Positions 1 through 9,333 are shown, numbered from the stretch's first letter. The stretch: DNA of 64,000 bases from Actinomycetota bacterium (GCA_035490535.1 DATHCP010000018.1:628-64627), one strand, 5' to 3'. The notes: generated from the letters alone by a model not told the origin. Translations and numbers: made by a program.

Positions 1-993
1 CACGCGGCCCACGATCTTCCCCTCGTGCGAGACGGGCCAGACCTCGGACAGCTCTGCCCGCAGTTCGTCGCCCTGCAGCTGGATGCCCACGAGCTTGCGG
101 TCGACGCCTTCGCGCCGGATCCGCTCCAGCGCAGCCTTGCCGAGGTAGTCCTGGGGCTGCTCCTCCACGAGCCGCTCGAGGCCCATCACGTGGAACGGCG
201 TGTCGGCGATCGAGATGTCGGAGTTGTAATTGAAGATGCCGGCCTCGATCCGGCGGGCCTCGCAAGGCGCGATCGGCTTGATCCCGAACTCCTCGCCGGC
301 GCCGATGATCGCGTTCCATAGCTCGTCGCCGCGGCTGCCATCGAGCAGGTTCACCTCGAAGCCCGGGATCGCGGTCCAGCCGGTCCGCGAGATCAGGACG
401 GGGATCCCGCCGATCTCGAACCGCTCGCACCAGTAGTACTTGATGTCGTAGATCGCCTCGCCCACCAGCTTCGCCAGCGTTCTGGCCGACAGCGGCCCCT
501 GGACCTGCACGGGATGGACGTCCGGATAGCTGACCTCGGCATCCAGGCCGGCGGCCGCGCCGACGCCCGTCGCGTACAGGCCCGCGTCGGAATCCGCCAG
601 TTGCATCCACCACACGTTCGGCTCCGGGTGGAGCAGGACGGGGTCGTTCACGATCCCGCCGTCGGGCGCCGTGACGAGCATGTACTTGCCCTGTTTCACG
701 GCGCACGTGGTGAGGTCGCGGCAGGTGATCATGTCGATCAGCCGGTCCGCGTCGGGCCCGGCGACCTGAACGGTCCGCTCGACGCCGACGTCCCACAGGG
801 TGACGCCCTCGTTCAACAGCCGGTACTCGACCTCGGGATCGTCGTAGTACCCCGGCAGGTACATGTGGTTGTAGATGTCGTACGCCGTGCAGCCGGCGCG
901 CAGCGTCGACTTGAAGAACGGCGACTGCCGGTACCAGGGTCCGAAGTAGAGCGTCGCGCTCTTCGCGAGCATCTCCTCGCGCTCGTTCACCAT
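1..993 (-). CDS. Aminomethyltransferase-family protein (GcvT-like, THF-dependent demethylase family), paralog 1; C-terminus runs off the window start
   Basis: Minus-strand ORF is absent from the track because its stop lies beyond position 1. ATG at 993..991 gives MVNEREEMLAKSATLYFGPWYRQSPFFKSTLRAGCTAYDIYNHMYLPGYYDDPEVEYRLLNEGVTLWDVGVERTVQVAGPD..., clearly homologous to the downstream 386 aa GcvT-like ORF (shared motifs YNHMY, TLWDV, ERxxxxxGPD, RTGWT, GIKP). Translated by hand from the reverse complement. Confidence 0.75.
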   Translation of the reverse strand, partial: MVNEREEMLAKSATLYFGPWYRQSPFFKSTLRAGCTAYDIYNHMYLPGYYDDPEVEYRLLNEGVTLWDVGVERTVQVAGPDADRLIDMITCRDLTTCAVKQGKYMLVTAPDGGIVNDPVLLHPEPNVWWMQLADSDAGLYATGVGAAAGLDAEVSYPDVHPVQVQGPLSARTLAKLVGEAIYDIKYYWCERFEIGGIPVLISRTGWTAIPGFEVNLLDGSRGDELWNAIIGAGEEFGIKPIAPCEARRIEAGIFNYNSDISIADTPFHVMGLERLVEEQPQDYLGKAALERIRREGVDRKLVGIQLQGDELRAELSEVWPVSHEGKIVGRV

Positions 994-1024
994 CTGCGAG
1001 AGCCTCCTCTTGGGTGCGGTGCGG

Positions 1025-2185
1025 CTAGGACACGGGGATCTGCTTCGACGGGTCGACGAACGGCATCGCGGTCACCGTGGCCGAGCGCGTGCCCCACTCG
1101 GTCTCGACGCTCACGGTCCGTCCCTCGGTGCTGAGCTCCGCGGGGAGCCAGCAGTAGCCGATGTTGCGTTGCAGGCGCGGCGAATAGATCGCGGACGTGA
1201 CCTTGCCCACCGCGACGCCGTCGACGCTCGCCGGCCACTTCACCGCGTTGAGCGCCGGGAAGGGCTCGCCGTCGAACGTGACCCCGTTGATCCGTCGCGT
1301 GACGCCCTGCTCGCGGATCCGGCGATACGCGGCGATCGACAGCGACGCGTCGTCGGCGAGCGTGTCGAGGTCGACGAGGCGCTCGAGGCCCATCTGGAAC
1401 GCGTCGTTCTCGTAGGTCATGTCGGCGCCCCAGTTGAAGATCGCGCCCTCGATCCGGCGGATGTCCGACGGCCCGGTCGGCTTGATCCCGAACTCGCCGC
1501 CGGCCTCCATGATCGCCTCGTAGACCTGGTTCCCGCGCGACGTGTCCGTGGTGTACACCTCGTAGCCGACCTCCGAGGTCCAGCCGGTTCGTGTGACGAC
1601 CACCGGGACGCCGGCGATCTTCGCCTCGGTCCAGAAGTAGTACCGCAGGTCAAGGATCGTCTCCCCGAGCAGCTTCACCATCAGGTCCTTCGACTTCGGG
1701 CCCTGGACCTGCAGCGGCGCGACGTCGGCCTCCTGGATCGTGACGTCGAGGTCCGGATAGGCGTTGCGGAGCCCACGGGCGAACAGGAGGGCGTCGGAGG
1801 AGGCCAGGGCGAACCAGAACGTGTTCTCGCCCATCCGGGTCAGGACCGGGTCGTTGATGATGCCGCCGTCTGCGTCGCAGATCAGGACGTACTTCGCCTG
1901 GCCCACCGCGCACGTCGAGAGGTCGCGTGGGGTCAGGAGCTGCGCGAAGCGGAACCCGTCGGGGCCGGAGATCTCCAAGCACCGCTCCACCGAGACGTCC
2001 CAGAGCGTGACGTCGTTCAGGAGCGTCTCGAACTCCTCCTCGAAGGACTCGAACCGGATCGGGAAGTACATGTGGTTGTAGACGGTGAAGCCCTGGGGAC
2101 CGTACTTCTGGGTGGCCTCGTAGTACGGGGTGCGACGGTTGCGGGCGCCCCGCTGGACCAGGCTCATGTCGAACGGCTCGGTCAT
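1025..2185 (-). CDS. Aminomethyltransferase-family protein (GcvT/DmdA/LigM-like), paralog 2
   Basis: 386 aa ORF MTEPFDMSLVQRG...YNHMYFPIRFESFEEEFE...TLWDVSVERCLEISGPD; glycine-cleavage T-protein fold motifs; ATG start; coding-like composition. Confidence 0.85.
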   Translation of the reverse strand: MTEPFDMSLVQRGARNRRTPYYEATQKYGPQGFTVYNHMYFPIRFESFEEEFETLLNDVTLWDVSVERCLEISGPDGFRFAQLLTPRDLSTCAVGQAKYVLICDADGGIINDPVLTRMGENTFWFALASSDALLFARGLRNAYPDLDVTIQEADVAPLQVQGPKSKDLMVKLLGETILDLRYYFWTEAKIAGVPVVVTRTGWTSEVGYEVYTTDTSRGNQVYEAIMEAGGEFGIKPTGPSDIRRIEGAIFNWGADMTYENDAFQMGLERLVDLDTLADDASLSIAAYRRIREQGVTRRINGVTFDGEPFPALNAVKWPASVDGVAVGKVTSAIYSPRLQRNIGYCWLPAELSTEGRTVSVETEWGTRSATVTAMPFVDPSKQIPVS

Positions 2186-2305
2186 CGTCCCTCTCTCCTT
2201 CGTCCGGGAACCGACCGCATATCGTGCGCGGCAAGGCCGAACGTCGCAACGGCCGCTCTCGACCCCCGGTCACGGCCGATGAACCGCCCCGGGGTCCGAG
2301 GCATG

Positions 2306-3982
2306 TTACGCGTCGGCGGCCGCGTGGACCCGCTCCCCCTCGACGAAGGTCTGGACGCACCGAGCCTCCGCGATCTCCTCGGGCGGGGCGGCGAAGACGT
2401 TGCGGTCCAGCACCGCCAGGTCGGCGAACTTCCCCACCTCGATCGAGCCGGTCTCGCGGTCGAGGTGGTTCACGTAGGCGGATCCCATCGTGAAGGCGGC
2501 GATCGACGTCCCGAGGTCGAGCCGTTCCTGGGGAAGGAAGGCGTCGGAGCGGTCAACGTGGTGCGGGTAGGTCGGAGGCATCCGCCGGTTCACGGCGACG
2601 TGGATCTCCTGCAGCGGATCGGGCGTGGAGACCGACCAGTCGCTGCCCATCGCGAGCATCGCGCCGTGCCGAACGAGGCTCGCGAACGGGTACTGCCAGC
2701 GCCAGCGCGGCTCCCCCAGGAACGGGATCGTCAGATCGTCCATCTGGCGCTCGTGGGCAGCCCACAGCGGCTGCGCGTTCGCCACCGCGCGGAGCCGCCG
2801 GAAGCGCGGCAGGTCGTCGGGGTGGATCACCTGCAGGTGCGCCAGGTGTGGGCGGGTATCGCTGGAGCCGTTGGCACGCCGCGCCGCCTCGATCGCGTCC
2901 AGCGCCTCCCGGACCGCCCGTTCGGCCAGTGCGTGGAAGTGGACCTGGAAGCCGAGCCCGTCCAGCCGCGGCACCGCCTCGTTCAGGACCTCGGGATCGA
3001 CGAAGCTGATCCCGCGGTTCGCGGTCGGCCGCCCGTCGGCGTCGAGGTAGGGCTCGAGGACGGCGGCGGTGAAGTTCTCGCAGACGCCGTCCTGCATGAT
3101 CTTCACCGACGTCGCGCGGAAGCGGCCGGCGGACCCCCGCTCGCGCAGCGCCACCAGGTCGTCGATCTGCTCGAGGCCGCGATGCCGGTCCCACCACAGG
3201 GCGCCGACCACGCGCGCGGTCAGCTCGCCGCTCGCCCCGGCGGCGAGGTACGCGCCGAACGGTCCATCCCCGTCCCCGATCGCCTCGACGATCGCGTCCT
3301 GCCACGCGGTGATGCCGAGCGCGTGGAGGTAGGCCTGCCCTTCGAGCAACCCGCGGCGCGTCAGTTCGGCCGACGGCGTCGGCGCCAGTCGCGAGACCAG
3401 GCTCATCGCGCCCTCGTGCAGGGTGCCCATCGGCTCGCCGTCGGCATCGCGCTCGATCCGGCCGTCGGCGGGGTCCGGCGTCGTCGCCGTGACCCCGGCG
3501 AGTTCGAGCGCCTTCGAGTTGACCCATCCACCGTGCCCGTCCCGGTTCGGAAGGAACACCGGACGGTCGGGCACCACGGCGTCCAACGCGCCCTTCGGCG
3601 GGCATCCGCCGGGGAAGTCGTCGACCGACCACCCGCCGCCCAGGATCCACGGTTCCGACGGCTCCGCCGCCGCGTACGCGGCGACCGTGGCGACGCAGTC
3701 CTCGGCCGAGGCGAGGTCGCTCAGGTCGCAGCGGAGCCGGTCGATCCCGCTGTCAACGGGATGGACGTGGGCGTCCTGGAACCCTGGGAGGAGCATCCGA
3801 CCGCGCAGGTCGATCACCTCGGTGGAGGCATCGATCAGCTCGCGGATCTCCGCGTCGGTCCCGACCGCCACGATCCGTCCGCCGCGGACGGCGACGGCCC
3901 GCGCCCATGAGCGGGCGGCGTCCACCGTGTAGACCTCGCCGTTCACGAAGGCCAGATCGGCGGCCGATCCGTTCGCGTGCAC
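2306..3982 (-). CDS. Amidohydrolase-3 family metal-dependent hydrolase (YtcJ-like)
   Basis: 558 aa; HVHPVDSG... HxH metal motif, LAMGSDWSVS, FADLAVLD tail typical of the amidohydrolase 3 family; GTG start at 3982. Confidence 0.85.
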   Translation of the reverse strand: MHANGSAADLAFVNGEVYTVDAARSWARAVAVRGGRIVAVGTDAEIRELIDASTEVIDLRGRMLLPGFQDAHVHPVDSGIDRLRCDLSDLASAEDCVATVAAYAAAEPSEPWILGGGWSVDDFPGGCPPKGALDAVVPDRPVFLPNRDGHGGWVNSKALELAGVTATTPDPADGRIERDADGEPMGTLHEGAMSLVSRLAPTPSAELTRRGLLEGQAYLHALGITAWQDAIVEAIGDGDGPFGAYLAAGASGELTARVVGALWWDRHRGLEQIDDLVALRERGSAGRFRATSVKIMQDGVCENFTAAVLEPYLDADGRPTANRGISFVDPEVLNEAVPRLDGLGFQVHFHALAERAVREALDAIEAARRANGSSDTRPHLAHLQVIHPDDLPRFRRLRAVANAQPLWAAHERQMDDLTIPFLGEPRWRWQYPFASLVRHGAMLAMGSDWSVSTPDPLQEIHVAVNRRMPPTYPHHVDRSDAFLPQERLDLGTSIAAFTMGSAYVNHLDRETGSIEVGKFADLAVLDRNVFAAPPEEIAEARCVQTFVEGERVHAAADA

Positions 3983-4024
3983 CGCGGCTCTCCTCGGGCT
4001 CGGGGACCGCGCGAGTCTAGCCGG

Positions 4025-5620
4025 TCAGGCGAGCTCCACGATGTCGAGGTAGTCGTCGCTCCACGCGTCCACCTGTCCGTCGGGCATCAGCAGGACCCGT
4101 TCCGGCGCAAGCGCCTCCACGAACTCCATGTCGTGGCTCACGACCACCATCGCCCCGGGCCATCCCTGCAGCGCCTCGGCGATCGCGGTGCGCGACGGCG
4201 GGTCGAGGTTGTTCGTCGGCTCGTCGAGCAGCAGCAGGTTCTTCGAGCCGGCCACCAGCACCGCGAGCGCGAGCTTCGTCTTCTCCCCGCCGGAGAGCGT
4301 GCCGGCGTCCTGGAACGCCACCTCGCCGTGCAGTTCGAACATCCCGAGCAGCGTCCGCAGCGTCAGGTCCTCGGCGCGCGAGGCCTCCTGCAGGTGCTGC
4401 AGCACCGGCACTCCGGCACGGATCCCCTCGTGCTCCTGCGCGTAGTACCCCGGGACCACGCCGTGCCCGAACGCGAACGTGCCGGTGTCCGCCTCGGTCT
4501 CCCCCATCAGGATCCGGAGCAGGCTCGTCTTCCCGGCCCCGTTCAGCCCGAGGATCAGCAGCCGTTCGCCTCGGCCCAGATCGAACGACACGTCCTCGAA
4601 GACCGTCGGACCGCCGTAGGACTTCGTGAGGCTCTCGGCGGTCAGCACCGTGCGACCGCTGTGCGGTGGGTCGGGGAACCGGAATCGCACGCGCTTCTCG
4701 CGCGCCGGGCCCTCGACCTTCGCGGCGCTGAGGCGAGCGACGCGCGAATCGAGCGTCTTCGCCTTCCGGGCCCGTTTCGCGGTCTGCCCCCGCATCGAAT
4801 CGGCCAACGTGCGAAGCCGCCGGATCTCCTGCTCCTGACGCTCGGCGAGCTTCGTCAGGCGCACCTCGTCGCGGGCCCGCGATTCCCGATACTGCGAGTA
4901 TGAGCCCCGGTACTCGACGACGCCTCCCCGGTCCAGGTGCAGGATCCGCGTGATCGACGCGTCCAGGAGCGCCAGGTCGTGGCTCACGACCACCAGCGCC
5001 CCCTTGTACGACGCGAGGAACCGCATCAGCCAGGTCTTCGCGTCGACGTCGAGGTGGTTCGTCGGCTCGTCGAGCAACAGGAGATCCGAGCCGCCGAACA
5101 GGATCCGCGCGAGCTCGAGCCGGCGACGCTCGCCACCCGAGAGGGCTCGGGCCGGCAGCGCCAGCCGATCGAGCGGGAGCCCGAGGCCCGCCGCGATCGA
5201 CGAGGCCTCGGACTCGGCCTGGTATCCGCCGAGGCGGCGGTACTCCTCCTCCAGCCGTGCGAACCGCGCGACCTCGCGCTCGGCGTGGGACTCCTCGAGC
5301 GCGACGCGGGCCTTCTCCAGCCGCCGGGACAGGTCGACGAGGTCGCGGGCCCCCAGCACGTGTTCGAGCGCCGTCCCTTCCCGGTCCGACCGTTCCCGGC
5401 GCGGATCCTGTCGGAGGTAGCCGACCGCGCCGCGGCGCAGCACGGTGCCGGCCGCGGGCGGCTCCTCTCCCGCGAGGACGCGCAGGGTGCTGGTCTTGCC
5501 GGCGCCGTTGCGGCCGACGACCCCGACCTTGTCTCCGGGGCGCAGATCGATCGACAGCCCCTCCAAGACGGAACGGCCGGCGACCTCCACCGAAAGATCA
5601 CGGGCCTCGAGCGCGATCAT
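4025..5620 (-). CDS. ABC-F family ATPase (tandem ABC domains, no TMD; EttA/Uup-like)
   Basis: Two Walker A motifs (GRNGAGKTS / GLNGAGKTS), two LSGGE signature motifs, inter-domain linker; true start MIALEARDLSVEV at ATG 5620. The upstream 36 codons of the track ORF are an extension. Confidence 0.9.
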   Translation of the reverse strand: MIALEARDLSVEVAGRSVLEGLSIDLRPGDKVGVVGRNGAGKTSTLRVLAGEEPPAAGTVLRRGAVGYLRQDPRRERSDREGTALEHVLGARDLVDLSRRLEKARVALEESHAEREVARFARLEEEYRRLGGYQAESEASSIAAGLGLPLDRLALPARALSGGERRRLELARILFGGSDLLLLDEPTNHLDVDAKTWLMRFLASYKGALVVVSHDLALLDASITRILHLDRGGVVEYRGSYSQYRESRARDEVRLTKLAERQEQEIRRLRTLADSMRGQTAKRARKAKTLDSRVARLSAAKVEGPAREKRVRFRFPDPPHSGRTVLTAESLTKSYGGPTVFEDVSFDLGRGERLLILGLNGAGKTSLLRILMGETEADTGTFAFGHGVVPGYYAQEHEGIRAGVPVLQHLQEASRAEDLTLRTLLGMFELHGEVAFQDAGTLSGGEKTKLALAVLVAGSKNLLLLDEPTNNLDPPSRTAIAEALQGWPGAMVVVSHDMEFVEALAPERVLLMPDGQVDAWSDDYLDIVELA

Positions 5621-5877
5621 GGCGCGCACCCTCGGGCCTCGGGGGGATGGGATGCGGCGAAGCGGACGGACATCGGTGGACCTCCTCGGACAAGTGAGCA
5701 CGGCCGCGATCGCGGCCGCGTGGTGCACGAGGACGGTTCACCAACTCATCTGCCGGACATCGTACGACGGCGGGGCCGCGGGGAACAGCAGCCCGTGGGA
5801 CCGTTCGGCCGGGTCCTCGCGGTCCCTTGACCGACCGCCGAACGGCTGGTTGCCCGGGAGGCTGCCCCGCGCGCATC

Positions 5878-6027
5878 ATGGGAGCGATGCGCGCCTTCCT
5901 CGTTCTGGTGGTACTCGGCGTCCTGGCCTTCGGGGTCTACACGTGGGCGAAGCCGCACGTGCCGAAGCACCCGCCCTCGGTGCCCCATACCGTGACGATC
6001 AACATGCCCAACCCGATGGGCAACTGA
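5878..6027 (+). CDS. Small hypothetical single-pass membrane protein (about 49 aa)
   Basis: MGAMRAFLVLVVLGVLAFGVYTWAKPHVPKH...; one hydrophobic helix, very high GC3, GGGAGG upstream. Start uncertain (5827, 5878 or 5887). Confidence 0.35.
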   Translation: MGAMRAFLVLVVLGVLAFGVYTWAKPHVPKHPPSVPHTVTINMPNPMGN

Positions 6028-6143
6028 GGGCGTCGCCGAGCGTTCATCCGGAGTTCTCGGCCACGTCCCTGCGGGGTGGGCCTGCGACCATCCCGGCCCC
6101 CTAGCGTCCCCGTTCGCGACGTGCGGGAAGGGGGAACACGCGA

Positions 6144-6464
6144 ATGCGCTGGTACTACGTCACGAACGCAGAGATCGACGGCGAGCCCTACATCGCCGCC
6201 GAGTTCATCGAGGGGTGGATCGTGGACGCGTTCCGGCATGAGGCGAGCGGGAGCCTCCTCACGCAGCAAGAGCTCGAGCGGCGGTTCCCCGAAGCGCTGG
6301 CCCGCTGGCACGAGCGCACCGAGGAGGCCGTCCTCGCGGACGCAGACCTGGCCGCCGAGCAGGCGCGCCGAGCGTGGCTCCGCTCCCTCACGGACGAGGA
6401 GTTCCAGGCCTGGCTGGACCGGGAGTGGCCGCCCCTGGAGTCCGTCTCGGATCCGATCGGTTGA
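6144..6464 (+). CDS. Hypothetical protein (106 aa)
   Basis: ATG preceded by strong SD GGAAGGGGGA; balanced acidic composition unlike the GC-artefact ORFs; no family recognised. Confidence 0.55.
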   Translation: MRWYYVTNAEIDGEPYIAAEFIEGWIVDAFRHEASGSLLTQQELERRFPEALARWHERTEEAVLADADLAAEQARRAWLRSLTDEEFQAWLDREWPPLESVSDPIG

Positions 6465-6503
6465 CGCACGGGGCGGAAGTCGCCGGCACCGTATCCTCTG
6501 GGC

Positions 6504-7247
6504 GTGGGGGCGGGAGCGGTCGTCGGCATCGACATCGGCGGATCCGGCATCAAGGGAGCGCCGGTCGACCTGTCTGACGGAACACTGACCCGCGAACGCG
6601 TGCGACGCCCGACCCCTTCGCCTTCCACGCCCGAAGCTGTCGCCGCCATCCTCATCGAGGTCCTGGAGGAGATCGACGTCGACGGGGGGATCGGGATCAC
6701 GCTGCCCTCGGTGATCCGCCAGGGCATCGTCGAAACCGCGGCCAACATCGACGAGCGCTGGGTCGGCGTCGACGGTCACGCCCTGTTCGCGGGAACGACG
6801 GGCCGTTCCGTCGGGCTGCTGAACGATGCGGACGCCGCCGGTGTCGCCGAGATGCGCTACGGCGCGGGTCGCGGCGAGGACGGCGTCGTGGTCTTGCTGA
6901 CCCTCGGCACGGGGATCGGCAGCGCGGTGTTCGTGGATGGCGATCTGGTACCGAACACCGAGCTGGGCCACCTCCATCTGCACGGCGGCGACGCGGAACA
7001 TTGGGCCGCCGATTCCGCGCGCGACCGGCACGACCTGTCGTGGCCCGAGTACGCGCGTCGCGTCCAGGACTACCTGGAGCTCCTCGAGCAGCTGCTTTGG
7101 CCCGACCTGCTGATCCTGGGCGGCGGCGTCAGCAAGCACGCCGAGAAGTTCCTCCCGGACATCCGGATCCGGACGCGCGTGGTCCCCGCCACGCTCCTGA
7201 ACGGTGCCGGCATCGTCGGCGCGGCCCTCTTCGCTCCCGCCGACTGA
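6504..7247 (+). CDS. ppgK: Polyphosphate glucokinase / ROK-family sugar kinase
   Basis: [16 protein letters not shown]-terminal ATP motif, [18 protein letters not shown] motifs typical of PPGK/ROK kinases; GTG start. Confidence 0.85.
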   Translation: MGAGAVVGIDIGGSGIKGAPVDLSDGTLTRERVRRPTPSPSTPEAVAAILIEVLEEIDVDGGIGITLPSVIRQGIVETAANIDERWVGVDGHALFAGTTGRSVGLLNDADAAGVAEMRYGAGRGEDGVVVLLTLGTGIGSAVFVDGDLVPNTELGHLHLHGGDAEHWAADSARDRHDLSWPEYARRVQDYLELLEQLLWPDLLILGGGVSKHAEKFLPDIRIRTRVVPATLLNGAGIVGAALFAPAD

Positions 7248-7297
7248 TCGGGCCCACGTCGCTTGCAGCGGCCTCGGCCGAGGAGCACCCTGAGGAC

Positions 7298-7468
7298 ATG
7301 AGGAGTCGAGGGGTGCCGCCCGCGAACTCGTGGAGGGCCTTCTTCTGGTCCGGAGAGACCGATCCGGCGGGCAACGAGCACGCTACCCGCCGCAGGGTGG
7401 CTGCGGCCGCGGGCGCGATCATCGTCTTCGGGTTGCTCGTGGCGTGGGTCGTGATCGGCACGCGGTAG
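7298..7468 (+). CDS. Small membrane protein (56 aa), tandem paralog A
   Basis: SD GAGGAG before ATG; C-terminal TM helix [21 protein letters not shown]; protein-level homolog of the next small ORF. Confidence 0.4.
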   Translation: MRSRGVPPANSWRAFFWSGETDPAGNEHATRRRVAAAAGAIIVFGLLVAWVVIGTR

Positions 7469-7560
7469 CCGGGAACGGAGTGCCCCGGACACCCGCCCGT
7501 CGCGGCGAGACCCCAGCGGGCGCAGCGCCATCACCTCCCGTTCGAGCGCATACTGGCCTC

Positions 7561-7731
7561 GTGCTCAACAGGGACTTCCCGACGAGCGCCCACCGGGCGT
7601 TCGAGGAGCAGGACGATGATGGTGATCGGCCGCCACGGCGGCATCGCATTCGGCGGGCCGTCGCGGTGGCCGTGGCCGCCCTCCTCGTCACCGGCCTGAT
7701 CCTGGCTTGGGCGATCCTCGGCGCCCGATAG
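7561..7731 (+). CDS. Small membrane protein (56 aa), tandem paralog B
   Basis: GTG start; ...[12 protein letters not shown]...[26 protein letters not shown] aligns with paralog A (RAF..., RR..A.A..A.L.V.GL..AW..I.G.R) with conservative substitutions. Confidence 0.4.
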   Translation: MLNRDFPTSAHRAFEEQDDDGDRPPRRHRIRRAVAVAVAALLVTGLILAWAILGAR

Positions 7732-7831
7732 CTCGGCCCAGCCGGAGGCCGGGAAGCATCCCGGGGTAGGTCCGACGCCATCCGCAGCGGCGGCGACGAC
7801 CAGCTCACGACAGGTTGCCGAGGAACGGAAG

Positions 7832-7918
7832 TGTCGGAGGGGGGATTTGAACCCCCACGCCCCGTAAGGGGCACTAGGCCCTCAACCTAGCGCGTCTACC
7901 AAGTTCCGCCACTCCGAC
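7832..7918 (-). tRNA. tRNA-Leu (anticodon GAG), type II with long variable arm
   Basis: Reverse complement GTCGGAG-TG-GCGGAACTTGGTAGACGCGC-CTAGG-TTGAGGG-CCTAG-variable arm-GGGGG-TTCAAAT-CCCCC-CTCCGAC-A folds as a cloverleaf; anticodon loop UUGAGGG gives GAG. Confidence 0.88.
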
Positions 7919-7954
7919 GCGGGACCGGATACTAGCAACCGCTGCGGCCGCGTC

Positions 7955-8182
7955 CTACGGGTGCCACTTCCACGAGAGCCAGAGCACCGCGAGGCCCCAG
8001 ATCACCGCGGTGACCACCGTGATCCGGTCGAGCGTGCGCTCCAACGCGGTGCCGCCCGAAAGGTTGTTGCTCCCGCCGAACATGTCCGAGAGGCCACTGC
8101 CCCGCCCCGAGTGCATCAGGATCGTCACGATCAGGAACAGCGACGACAGGACCAGCAGGACGATGACGACGGTATCGATCAT
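7955..8182 (-). CDS. secG: Preprotein translocase subunit SecG (75 aa)
   Basis: MIDTVVIVLLVLSSLFLIVTILMHSGRGSGLSDMFGGSNNLSGGTALERTLDRITVVTAVIWGLAVLWLS, a canonical SecG. The track ORF is 5'-extended; the in-frame ATG at 8182 overlaps the upstream stop (ATGA). Confidence 0.9.
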   Translation of the reverse strand: MIDTVVIVLLVLSSLFLIVTILMHSGRGSGLSDMFGGSNNLSGGTALERTLDRITVVTAVIWGLAVLWLSWKWHP

Positions 8183-9333
8183 GCAGGGCTCTCCGGTTCG
8201 GGTTCGACGACGGCCTCCGCGGCCGGCTGGGGCTCGGCGGGCATGATAGGCCGGTCCAGCGGGAAGTGACAGGCTGCCAGCTGGCCCGCCGGCTGGAGCT
8301 CCAAGATCGGCTCCTCCTCGTAACAGCGCGGCACGTACCGCCGGGCCACGCCCTGGTCGTCCTTCAGCCCCTGCTCGCGGGCCATCGCCTGCGTCCGTGG
8401 GCACCGCGGATGGAACCGGCACCCCGGCGGCGGGTCGATCGGCGAGGGAACGTCGCCCTCCAGGATGATCCGGCGCTTCTCCCGCGCCTTGGAGGGGTCC
8501 GGCACCGGCACCGCCGACAGCAGCGCTCCCGTGTACGGGTGCCGCGGCTGCGCGTACAGCACCTCGCCGACGCCCGTCTCCACGATCTTGCCGAGGTACA
8601 TCACCGCGACCCGGTCGGAGACGTGTTGCACGACCGATAGGTCGTGCGCGATGAACAGGATCGTGAGCTTGAACTCGTTCTGCAGGTCTTCCAGGAGGTT
8701 CAGGATCTGTGCCTGGACCGAAACGTCCAGCGCCGAAACGGGCTCGTCGCAGACGATCAGCTTCGGACGGAGCGCGAGCGACCGGGCCACACCGATCCGC
8801 TGCCGCTGGCCGCCCGAGAACTCGTGCGGGTAGCGGTTGTAGTGCTCAGGGTTGAGGCCCACGAGCTCCATCAGCTGCTGGACCTCGCCCTTGACCTTGT
8901 CCTTCGGCACCGTCTTGTGCAGTCGGAACGGCTCGGCGATGATCGCCCCCACCGGCGACCGGGGGTTCAGCGACGCGTACGGATCCTGGAACACCATCTG
9001 CATGTCGCGGCGCAACTCCCGGAGCTCCTTGCCGCGCGTGTGCGTGATGTCTTGCCCGTCGAACAGGAGCTGCCCCTCGGTCGCGTCGTACAGGCGCATC
9101 ACCACGCGGGCCAGCGTCGACTTGCCGCAGCCGGTTTCCCCCACGAGCCCGACGGTCTCCCCCGGATAGACCTCGAGGTCGACCCCGTCGACCGCGTGCA
9201 CGTTCCCGATCCGATGCTGGATCAGGATCCCCTGGGTGATCGGGAAGTACTTCTTGATGCCGATCAGCTTGACGAGGGGCTCGCCGCGTGGCGTATCCGG
9301 CTCCACGCCTCGCTCGTTCACCTCGACGCTCAT
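8179..9333 (-). CDS. Oligopeptide/dipeptide ABC transporter ATP-binding protein (OppF/DppF-like)
   Basis: Walker A GETGCGKST, LSGGQRQR, oligopeptide C-terminal domain (PRHPYTxALL...CxFxxRC); start MSVEVNERG at 9333 overlaps the upstream stop. Confidence 0.9.
   Translation of the reverse strand: MSVEVNERGVEPDTPRGEPLVKLIGIKKYFPITQGILIQHRIGNVHAVDGVDLEVYPGETVGLVGETGCGKSTLARVVMRLYDATEGQLLFDGQDITHTRGKELRELRRDMQMVFQDPYASLNPRSPVGAIIAEPFRLHKTVPKDKVKGEVQQLMELVGLNPEHYNRYPHEFSGGQRQRIGVARSLALRPKLIVCDEPVSALDVSVQAQILNLLEDLQNEFKLTILFIAHDLSVVQHVSDRVAVMYLGKIVETGVGEVLYAQPRHPYTGALLSAVPVPDPSKAREKRRIILEGDVPSPIDPPPGCRFHPRCPRTQAMAREQGLKDDQGVARRYVPRCYEEEPILELQPAGQLAACHFPLDRPIMPAEPQPAAEAVVEPEPESPA

Noticed and set aside
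1010-3910. 966 aa plus-strand ORF, and many similar long ORFs in the track (for example 11600..13177 +, 17561..20056 +, 21569..24214 +, 23889..28451 -, 30880..34026 +, 40544..44326 +, 59614..63027 +)
   Set aside because: They are antisense or out-of-frame to well-supported genes, and Arg/Pro/Gly/Ala-rich with low complexity. They have no recognisable domains. This is typical of open frames generated by about 70% GC and stop-codon scarcity.
5827-6027. Full 66 aa version of the small ORF (MTDRRTAGCPGGCPARIMG...)
   Set aside because: The N-terminal 17 codons are Cys/Gly/Pro/Arg-rich and lack an RBS. The internal ATGs at 5878 or 5887 give a cleaner single-TM peptide. Even that is kept at low confidence only.
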